DNA from: Planctomycetales bacterium
GTDB lineage: Bacteria; Planctomycetota; Planctomycetia; Isosphaerales; Isosphaeraceae
Direction of reading: 5' to 3'
Length of the DNA: 32,000 nucleotides
NCBI GenBank assembly: GCA_027452145.1
Contig: DAIDHB010000418.1
Span: forward strand, 11,332 to 43,331
Position numbers and translations under genes: made by a program. The notes below the pieces were generated by a model, which was given only the letters and a program-made list of their open reading frames with translations, had not been told where the DNA came from and searched no databases. Shown here in pieces: positions 7,078-13,732 of the stretch. How positions within the stretch are numbered: position 1 is the first letter of the stretch; every line of letters starts with the position of its first letter.

Positions 7078-7602
7078 TCACCCCGCGACCGCCGCCTCCT
7101 CGAGGGCACGGATGTCAAGCTTGCCCATTTTCATCAGCGCGTCCATCACGCGCTTCGCGCTCGCCCGGTCCTCGCCGGAGAGCAGCTCCACCAGCCGGCT
7201 CGGTACGATCTGCCACGACAGGCCGAAGCGGTCCTTGAGCCAGCCGCACGGGCCCTGCGACCCGCCCGCCGAGAGCTTCTCCCACAGCTCGTCCACTTCC
7301 TCCTGGGACCGGCAGTCCACCGACAGCGACACGGCCTCGCTGAGCTGATGCGCCGGCCCGCCGTTCAGGGCGAGGAACTCCGTGCCGGCCAGCCGGAAGG
7401 CAACGACCAGCGGCCGGCCGTTCGGGCCCGGGGTACTGCTCGTGATGGCGGAGTCCAGATCCTTGAAGACCGAGACATAGAACTCGGCGGCCTCGTGGGC
7501 GTTCGCGTCGAACCAGAGGAAGGTCCGGATCTTCTGGTGGGCCTTGAGTTTCCCTCGACAAACAAGGAGTCCCGCGCCGGGCTCACCCGGCCCGGTCGTC
7601 AT
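7078..7602 (-). CDS. VOC-family protein (3-demethylubiquinone-9 3-methyltransferase-like domain)
   Basis: The product contains KIRTFLWFDANAHEAAEFYVSVFKD...FLALNGGPAHQLSEAVSLSVDCRSQEEVDELWEKLSAGGSQGPCGWLKDRFGLSWQIVP...MKMGKLDIRALEEA, the characteristic pattern of this VOC subfamily. No in-frame ATG, GTG or TTG lies closer to the domain start, so the ATG at 7602 is used, giving a 24-aa N-terminal extension. Confidence 0.85.
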   Translation of the reverse strand: MTTGPGEPGAGLLVCRGKLKAHQKIRTFLWFDANAHEAAEFYVSVFKDLDSAITSSTPGPNGRPLVVAFRLAGTEFLALNGGPAHQLSEAVSLSVDCRSQEEVDELWEKLSAGGSQGPCGWLKDRFGLSWQIVPSRLVELLSGEDRASAKRVMDALMKMGKLDIRALEEAAVAG

Positions 7603-7616
7603 TCCGACTGCCCATG

Positions 7617-7643
7617 GTCGAACCGATCGGACGTGGATCGACA
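7617..7643 (-). promoter_or_regulatory. Candidate ECF-type promoter upstream of the VOC gene at 7602
   Basis: The minus strand reads TGTCGA (7643-7638), a 17-nt spacer, then CGAC (7620-7617). It ends 15 nt upstream of the ATG at 7602, within the 63-nt gap after the Rieske gene. Confidence 0.3.
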
Positions 7644-7665
7644 GGCCCCGCGGATTTTCTGAAGT

Positions 7666-8670
7666 TTACGGCGCCTCGTTCGCGGATTCGGCCGCAAGGC
7701 TCGCCGCCGCCTCGATCAGGTCGCGGCGGTGCTGGAGGTAAACCGCGATCGGCCGGTCGGCCGGGATGAAATGCTCGCCGATGTCGAGGTCGCCCACCCG
7801 CGGGGACTGCGACCGGATCACCACGTAGTCCTCGGCCAGGATCCGCAGATTGTAAAAGTTGCCGAGGCGTCCCACCAGGCGGACCAGGGCCGCGGGCAGG
7901 CTCGTCTTGAAGTAGCTTCGCAGGTAGTTGACGCAGCGCCCTTCTTCGACCGGGGCGACCACGTTGACGATCCGGAACCGGTCGGCGATCCGGAGCATCC
8001 AGGCGTTCGGGAAGCGGAACTCCAGCGAGGGGGGCTTGTCGGGCGGCGGGAGCTGCGTCGGCCGCGCCGCCGGCAGGCCCTCGTCCGGCTGGTTGGTGAC
8101 CCAGACGCGGATCGTGTCGTCTTCCAGCGTGGTGTACGGCCCGTTGACGAGCGTTCTCCCGTTGCGGCCGATCGTCCGGGCGTGGACGAACGGCAGGTGG
8201 CTGACGTCGAGCAGACCCTCGATCGCACGCGACATGTCGACGTCCCATTCCTTGCTGGTCGTGGCGTGGGCGAAGTCCTCCAGGCCGCCAAACCACGGGA
8301 CCGGCGGATACTCGTCGCGCGGGCGGCCGTGCCAGACCCAGACGAACCCGTGGGCCTCCTGCGTGGGATAGACCCGGCACTGGAAGACCCGGGGGACGTG
8401 CGCGGCCCGCCCGTTGGCCGGGATGAGCTGACAGGCTCCGTCACCGTCGTACTCGAATCCGTGAAACGGGCACTGGAGCCGCCCGGCCACGATCTTGCCG
8501 AGGCTCAACTGACTGCTCCGATGCGGGCATCGATCCTTCAAAACCGAGAGCCGGCCCTGGCCGTCCCGCCAGAAGACCAGATCTTCCCCCAGCCGGCGGA
8601 CGCCCAGCGGCTTGCCCGCGATGACCTCGCGCGATTCCAGTACGGCATACCAGCAATCGGGGATCAGCAT
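7666..8670 (-). CDS. Rieske [2Fe-2S] non-haem-iron oxygenase
   Basis: The Rieske motif is CPHRSSQLSLGKIVAGRLQCPFHGFEYDGDG (CxH...CxxH). The mononuclear-iron motif is EGLLDVSHLPFVH. GGGAGG lies upstream of the ATG at 8670. Confidence 0.9.
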   Translation of the reverse strand: MLIPDCWYAVLESREVIAGKPLGVRRLGEDLVFWRDGQGRLSVLKDRCPHRSSQLSLGKIVAGRLQCPFHGFEYDGDGACQLIPANGRAAHVPRVFQCRVYPTQEAHGFVWVWHGRPRDEYPPVPWFGGLEDFAHATTSKEWDVDMSRAIEGLLDVSHLPFVHARTIGRNGRTLVNGPYTTLEDDTIRVWVTNQPDEGLPAARPTQLPPPDKPPSLEFRFPNAWMLRIADRFRIVNVVAPVEEGRCVNYLRSYFKTSLPAALVRLVGRLGNFYNLRILAEDYVVIRSQSPRVGDLDIGEHFIPADRPIAVYLQHRRDLIEAAASLAAESANEAP

Positions 8671-8910
8671 GCCCGCGACCTCCCTTTCTCGGCCTGGTCC
8701 GTCGTTCCAGTCACCCCCGCTCAGTGTAAGCGAGCGGCGAGGCTACAGCAGGGGCACCATCGCCCGCGGCGAGGCCGTTACCGGAGGTCTCGCCGGCAGT
8801 CCGCACGGCCGGGCGGCCGAACGGCCCGGCCCGATCGCTCGACGCCCGAGGACAGGCCGCAGAGGAGCGGATTGCTTCCCGGTGCCCCTGGTCGTCGCCC
8901 AAAGCGAAGA

Positions 8911-9249
8911 TCAAACCGGCTCGCAGTCCGAGCCCATCATGTTGCCGACGGCCCTGACCAGCACGCGCCACCGCGTTTCGTCCAGCGCCTCGAGATGTTC
9001 GCCCAGTTCTTCTCGGCGGATGGAGAAGAGGGACTCGGTCTGTGCGACGCAATCAACATCGAGGCCGAATTCCCCGGCCCGAAATGGGATGCAATTGGGT
9101 TGTCTCGAGCGTTCCTCGAACCGTTTGGAGGTGATCAGGACGGCCACGACCCAGTTGCCGCGGTTCAACTCCTCGCGCGAGATGATCACGATCGGGTGTG
9201 GCGGCATTTCTTCGAAGTCGGCGAGATAGATTTCACCAGGCCGGATCAT
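8911..9249 (-). CDS. Type II toxin, PemK/MazF family
   Basis: The product reads MIRPGEIYLADFEE..HPIVIISREELNRGNWVVAVLITSKRFE...GEFGLDVDCVAQTESLFSIRREELGEHLEALDETRWRVLVRAV. This follows the PemK/MazF pattern (GDIYxVDF...RPxVVxS...VVxPITS...SxVxxDQIxTIxKxRL). Its start overlaps the upstream stop as ATGA. Confidence 0.8.
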   Translation of the reverse strand: MIRPGEIYLADFEEMPPHPIVIISREELNRGNWVVAVLITSKRFEERSRQPNCIPFRAGEFGLDVDCVAQTESLFSIRREELGEHLEALDETRWRVLVRAVGNMMGSDCEPV

Positions 9250-9458
9250 GCATCCTCCATCAGGCGGGCCCTGGCGTTCCGCTTGGCCACACGCAGGAAC
9301 GCCTCCTGTTCGCGCCGTTCTTCCTGATCGATGAGTCGGTCGTAGGCGTCGGCGCCGATCAGGACATAGCCGCGGTGCGTCTCCGGATCCGTGAGTCGGA
9401 CGGGCGAATCTCCGGCCTGCTCGATGGCGTGCTTCAGTTCCGGGGTCAGCGTCTCCAT
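9246..9458 (-). CDS. Antitoxin, Phd/YefM-like
   Basis: From the ATG at 9458 the product reads METLTPELKHAIEQAGDSPVRLTDPETHRGYVLIGADAYDRLIDQEE.... GGAGGAG lies 7 nt upstream of this ATG. The core resembles the Phd/YefM pattern PVxITxxGxxxxVLxSxExYxxL. It overlaps the toxin gene by 4 nt. Confidence 0.65.
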   Translation of the reverse strand: METLTPELKHAIEQAGDSPVRLTDPETHRGYVLIGADAYDRLIDQEERREQEAFLRVAKRNARARLMEDA

Positions 9459-9591
9459 GGGTCGGCTCCTCCGTCCGGCCGTTTCCGGTCGCTGTTCGTA
9501 CATTCGCTCAAATCGCGAGCCTCCATCGTAATCGCGGACCGCTCCCCTTGGGGAGGGCGATCGGCGCTGCTCTGGCGGTCGGGTGCCATCG

Positions 9592-10878
9592 TCAAACCTG
9601 TTCCAGCCGCATGCGGAGGAACCGGCGCTCGGGCTCTTGCTGGGCGAGGGCCAGCGCGCGCTCGTACGCCCGGCGCGCGTCGTCGCGCCGGCCCAGGCGC
9701 CGGAGGAAATCGGCGCGGGCGGCGTGCGCCAGGTGGTACCCGGTCAACTCGCCCCGGTCGAGGATCGCGTCGACCAGGTCGAGCCCGGCCGCCGGGCCGT
9801 CGCGCATCGCCACCGCGACCGCGCGGTTCAGCTCCACAACCGGCGAGGGGGTGATCGCCACAAGCGCGTCATACAGCGCGGCGATCTGCCGCCAGTCGGT
9901 GTCGGACGCCGCGGGCGCCGAGGCGTGGACGGCCGCGATCGCCGCCTGGACCGTGTACGGCCCGAACCGGCGCGAGGCCAGGGCCCGCTCGACCAGCTCC
10001 TGCCCCTCGGCGATCAGCCGTCCGTCCCACTTCGAGCGATCCTGGTGCTCGAGCAGCACGATGTCTCCCTCTGGCGATACCCGGGCCGTACGACGGGATT
10101 CGTGGAGCAGCATCAGGGCGAGCAGGCCGAGGATCTCCGCGTCGTGCAGCAACTCGGCAAGGAGCCGCCCCAGGCGGATCGCCTCGCCCGAGAGGTCCGC
10201 ACGCGTCAGCGACGCGCCCGACGTCGCCGAATAACCCTCGTTGAACACCAGGTAGACCACCGCAAGCACCGCCTCGAGCCGCTGCGGCAGCTCCTCGGCG
10301 GCGGGGATCGCGAACGGGATGCCGGCATCCCGGATCTTCGCCTTGCCGCGGACGATCCGCTGCGCCATCGTCGCCGGGGCGACCAGGAACGCCGCCGCGA
10401 TCTCGTCGGTCGTCAGACCGCACACCTCGCGAAGGGTGAGCGGGACCTGCACCTTCAGGTCGATCGCCGGGTGGCAGCAGGTAAAGATGAGCCGCAAGCG
10501 GTCGTCCTCGATCTCCTCGCTCGTGCGGCTCGCGTTCGTGTCGGCGACCTCGGCGAGCCGGCCGGCGATCTCGCGCTGGCGGCCGGCGAACGCGCCGCGG
10601 CGCCGCAGCGCGTCGATCGCCTTGAACCGACCCGTCGAGACCAGCCACGCCCGCGGGTTCTGCGGGACACCCTCGTGCTCCCACCGCTCGACGGCCGCCG
10701 CGAACGCCTCGTGCAGCGCCTCCTCGGCCAGGTCGAAATCGCGGATCAGCCGCACGAGGGACGCAAACACCCGGCGCGATTCCGTCCGGTAGATCTCGTC
10801 GATCAGGCCATGCAGGCTCCCCGGGGGCAAGCCAGACTCCGGGCCCACGCTATCCTGGCCTTCCTGCGCCAACCGCAT
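9592..10878 (-). CDS. ECF sigma factor with a long C-terminal (TPR-like/DUF6596) extension, ECF42-type
   Basis: The region 2 signature is [19 protein letters not shown]...[21 protein letters not shown]. The region 4 signature is [55 protein letters not shown]. About 220 aa of helical extension follow ([10 protein letters not shown]...[31 protein letters not shown]). DGPF/YCII and VOC genes are close by. Confidence 0.9.
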   Translation of the reverse strand: MRLAQEGQDSVGPESGLPPGSLHGLIDEIYRTESRRVFASLVRLIRDFDLAEEALHEAFAAAVERWEHEGVPQNPRAWLVSTGRFKAIDALRRRGAFAGRQREIAGRLAEVADTNASRTSEEIEDDRLRLIFTCCHPAIDLKVQVPLTLREVCGLTTDEIAAAFLVAPATMAQRIVRGKAKIRDAGIPFAIPAAEELPQRLEAVLAVVYLVFNEGYSATSGASLTRADLSGEAIRLGRLLAELLHDAEILGLLALMLLHESRRTARVSPEGDIVLLEHQDRSKWDGRLIAEGQELVERALASRRFGPYTVQAAIAAVHASAPAASDTDWRQIAALYDALVAITPSPVVELNRAVAVAMRDGPAAGLDLVDAILDRGELTGYHLAHAARADFLRRLGRRDDARRAYERALALAQQEPERRFLRMRLEQV

Positions 10879-10901
10879 CGCGCCCCCCTCCCGGTCCGTC
10901 C

Positions 10902-10925
10902 GACGTTATCAGATGTCCAGGTTCC
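10902..10925 (-). promoter_or_regulatory. Candidate ECF-type promoter of the sigma-factor gene
   Basis: The minus strand reads GGAAC (10925-10921), a 15-nt spacer, then CGTC (10905-10902). It ends 24 nt upstream of the ATG at 10878, and GGGAGGGGGG lies between the two. A TGTCGA hexamer also sits at 10943-10938. Confidence 0.3.
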
Positions 10926-11377
10926 AGAAGAGTATCATCGACACCGGGCGCGGGGAAGACCAGTCCTCACATCGAGCTATCCCGAAACGGCCGGCGTGGC
11001 GTCATCATCACCACGGACCGAGGCACGACGACGCGCCGGGACGGAGGTGACGACGACTCATGAACCTCATCCGACCAGGCAAGCGAAGGCCGTCGAGCCC
11101 CCGAATGTGCAGGGGGCGCGAAGCTCCCGGGAAACTCCCGTGAGTGTCGCCACAAACGCTTGGATTTGACGCGAAGTCCGAGCATACTGCATTCGTATAC
11201 CGAGATGCTCTGATAAGGGTCGGTGAGCGCAAGATCGAATCGAGGCCACCGGACCGGACCGGACCGGCCGGCCTCGACCGACAGGAAACGGCTCGCGAGC
11301 GCGACGGAGCGATTCCGCCGACCTGCCGCGCGGGCCAGCAACCCGGCCGACTGATCCGATCCGAGGGGCCATCGACC

Positions 11378-12169
11378 ATGCCGTCCGACCCCAGGCGAAG
11401 CCCAGGGCCGACCGACGATCGCTACGACTGCCTGATCATCAGCGACCTGCACCTCGGCAGCGAGGTCTGCCAGGCGAAACTCCTCGAGGAGTTCCTCGAG
11501 TGGGCCGTCGACCGCACGCGCGAACTCGTCATCAACGGGGATATCTTCGACGACCTGAACTTCCGGCGGCTGTCGAAACGCCACTTCGCCTGCCTCAAGA
11601 TCATCCGCCGCAACTCGGACCGCGACGACCTCCGCCTGATCTGGATCCGCGGCAATCACGACGGGCCGGCCGACGTCGTCGGCCACATCGTCGGCGTCGA
11701 GGTGCGGGACGAGTACGAGTTCCGCAACGGCGACGTCCGCCTGCTGATCCTCCACGGCGACCAGTTCGACCGCTTCGTCAACAACTACGGCCTGCTGACC
11801 GAGGTGGCCTGTGGCGTGTTCTACTACATCCAGAAGTGGGCGCCGCACCGGACCGCCCGCTACATCCGACGGGTCTCGAAGCGATGGCAGCGCAGCAGCG
11901 CGACGATCCGCGAGGGGGCCGTGCGCTACGCCCGGTCCCGAGGCTGCCGTGCCATCGCCTGCGGGCACACGCATTTCCCCTCGCTCGACACGAACCAGGG
12001 GGTCCTGTACGCCAACAGCGGTACGTGGACCGAACCGCCCCCCTGCCCCTTCATCGCCGTGAAGGGCTCGGAGATCCGCCTGGAATACTGGCCGCTCGCC
12101 GACCGCGAAGCCCGCGCCCTGGTCCCGGGCGAACACAAGGCCCCGAACACCGAACCCGCACCGGTCTAG
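11378..12169 (+). CDS. Calcineurin-like metallophosphoesterase, LpxH-like
   Basis: From the ATG at 11378 the product reads ...DCLIISDLHLGSE...ELVINGDIFDD...LIWIRGNHD...LLILHGDQFD...IACGHTH. These are the DxH / GDxxD / GNHD / H / GHxH metallophosphoesterase motifs in the correct order. The upstream 78 codons of track ORF 11144..12169 look non-coding. Confidence 0.85.
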   Translation: MPSDPRRSPGPTDDRYDCLIISDLHLGSEVCQAKLLEEFLEWAVDRTRELVINGDIFDDLNFRRLSKRHFACLKIIRRNSDRDDLRLIWIRGNHDGPADVVGHIVGVEVRDEYEFRNGDVRLLILHGDQFDRFVNNYGLLTEVACGVFYYIQKWAPHRTARYIRRVSKRWQRSSATIREGAVRYARSRGCRAIACGHTHFPSLDTNQGVLYANSGTWTEPPPCPFIAVKGSEIRLEYWPLADREARALVPGEHKAPNTEPAPV

Positions 12170-12208
12170 TCTAGACCGAACACCCCGAACCGCGAGCACC
12201 CTCCCATC

Positions 12209-13027
12209 ATGAGCAGCGCACCGGCCGTCCAGCACGCGTACAACGACGTCGTCGCCTCGCATTACGACCTCGATCCCCAGGGGATCATCGGCCAGTCGCT
12301 CGACCTGGGGATCGGGCAGCTCGAGCAGGAGGGACTGCTCGACCCCTCGCGGGGCTGGCGGGTACTCGACCTGGGCATGGGAACCGGCCTGTTCCTGGGC
12401 AAGCTCCGCACGCGGGCCGGCGACCGGCTCGAGCCGTTCGGGATCGACCTGGCCGAGAACATGCTGGAAGTCGCCCGACGCCGGCTCCCCGACCTCAACG
12501 CCGTGGCCGGCGACGCCGGCGAGCTCGACTCACATTTCCCCGGCCTGACCTTTGATTGCGTCTGCACCCACTTCGTGACCGGGTTCGTGCCGATGGCCCG
12601 CCTGGCGCCCCAGATCGCCCGGCGAGTCGAGCCGGGCGGATACTGGTCGCTCATCGGCGGGACAAAGGCCGCATATCCGGCGCTCCAGGCCAGGGGGAAC
12701 TCCAGGCTGCTCCGCCGCCTCACCGGCGCCGGAAATCGCAAGATGGACGACACGGTCCTCAATCCCGCCGACCTCCGCGAGGTCGCCGACACGATGGACG
12801 CCCACGGCTTCGACCTCTGCCGCGGCGAGACGTTCGAACCGGCGCTCACCTTCAACACCTTCGACGAGTTCATGGAGTTCGGCTACCGCGGCGGCTGGCT
12901 GACTCCGCTGCTCGAGTCCATGGGCCTGCACCGCGCCGGGCCGATCAAGCGCTGGGTCCTCGACCGCATCGCCTTCCCGGTCCACGACCAGCACAACATC
13001 GTCGTCGCGCTCGGACGCAAGAGGTAG
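12209..13027 (+). CDS. Class I SAM-dependent methyltransferase
   Basis: Motif I is RVLDLGMGTGLFLGKL. It is followed by FGIDLAENMLEVARRR and FDCVCTHFV, the post-I and motif II/III pattern. Confidence 0.85.
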   Translation: MSSAPAVQHAYNDVVASHYDLDPQGIIGQSLDLGIGQLEQEGLLDPSRGWRVLDLGMGTGLFLGKLRTRAGDRLEPFGIDLAENMLEVARRRLPDLNAVAGDAGELDSHFPGLTFDCVCTHFVTGFVPMARLAPQIARRVEPGGYWSLIGGTKAAYPALQARGNSRLLRRLTGAGNRKMDDTVLNPADLREVADTMDAHGFDLCRGETFEPALTFNTFDEFMEFGYRGGWLTPLLESMGLHRAGPIKRWVLDRIAFPVHDQHNIVVALGRKR

Positions 13028-13069
13028 GACGCCCAGAACGCCAAGTGAGAAACCGCGAGCCGGAGACAA

Positions 13070-13183
13070 GAGGAACCACGAAAAACACGAAATGACACGA
13101 AAAAGAGGGCGATCGAGGTGCCGGCGAGTGTGACTCCCCTCCTGTTTCCCTTTCGTGTGATTCCGTGTTTTTCGTGGTTCCTC
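13070..13183. repeat. Palindromic repeat family 1, longest copy; likely bidirectional terminator
   Basis: The sequence is GAGGA ACCACGAAA AACACGAAA TGACACGAAA, about 40 nt of spacer, then TTTCGTGTGA TTCCGTGTT TTTCGTGGT TCCTC. The outer 19 nt (13070-13088 and 13165-13183) are perfectly complementary. It lies between convergent stops at 13027 and 13199. Confidence 0.85.
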
Positions 13184-13198
13184 CGGGATTCTGTACCC

Positions 13199-13732
13199 TT
13201 ACCTCGTCCAGTCCTGCCGGCGGAACAGCAGGTAGTTGAGGCAGATCGGGATCTCGTAGACGAGCAGGATGAGATTCAGATCCCGGCCGGGCGGGAAGCG
13301 CCGGTTGAACTCGGACATATCGGCCGCGGCCGTCCAGATCCGGTGGTTCCACGACTGGAACTTGTAGAAGGCCGGGGCCATCGCCAGGAAGCCCAGGATC
13401 GACCAGGCCGGCAGCGTGGGCAGCACCAGCACGCTCGCGACGAAAATGATCAGCAAGGCAGCCGTCGCCAGGATGACGCGCGCCGGGGCATTGATGGCAA
13501 CCACCGCGAGATACATCGCGGCCATCGCCGCCAGTATCGGCCACGTGGCCGGCGCGCCGAGGTGCCGGGCCGCCTGGTCAATCGCCGCATAGATCCCGTA
13601 CCACAGTCCGTAGAGCGCCACAACGTGCGCCACGTTGATGCCGAATTGCGAGTGCCGGCCCAGGTGCCGAGCATACAGCTCGTCGAAGTCAACGTGCCGC
13701 AAGCTGAGCGGCCGGGTCGTCTGCGTGCTCAT
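13199..13732 (-). CDS. Integral membrane protein, possibly DUF962/Mpo1-like
   Basis: There are about four hydrophobic segments (VVALYGLWYGIYAAI, WPILAAMAAMYLAVVAI, ILATAALLIIFVASVLVL, WSILGFLAMAPAF). His-containing patches HSQFGINVAH and FQSWNHRIW resemble the HxxxxNVxxH and FQFxGHxxF patches of Mpo1-like proteins. That comparison is from memory and is a weak call. The start overlaps the upstream gene by 44 nt. Confidence 0.65.
   Translation of the reverse strand: MSTQTTRPLSLRHVDFDELYARHLGRHSQFGINVAHVVALYGLWYGIYAAIDQAARHLGAPATWPILAAMAAMYLAVVAINAPARVILATAALLIIFVASVLVLPTLPAWSILGFLAMAPAFYKFQSWNHRIWTAAADMSEFNRRFPPGRDLNLILLVYEIPICLNYLLFRRQDWTR

Noticed and set aside
7729-9327. 532-aa plus-strand ORF
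   Set aside because: It is antisense to the Rieske oxygenase and toxin genes and has low-complexity R/P/D-rich sequence.
9583-11169. 528-aa plus-strand ORF, plus several 200-270-aa ORFs in other frames over 9548-10792
   Set aside because: They are antisense or alternative frames over the ECF sigma gene, which has clear region 2 and region 4 motifs.
11144-11377. Upstream 78 codons of ORF 11144..12169, and a possible TTGACG promoter near 11166
   Set aside because: The sequence upstream of the ATG at 11378 has no homology-like features. I could not find a -10 element at 16-18 nt from the TTGACG, so no promoter is called.
10967-12262. 431-aa minus-strand ORF
   Set aside because: It is antisense to the metallophosphoesterase gene, which has a complete ordered motif set. 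It also spans intergenic DNA.
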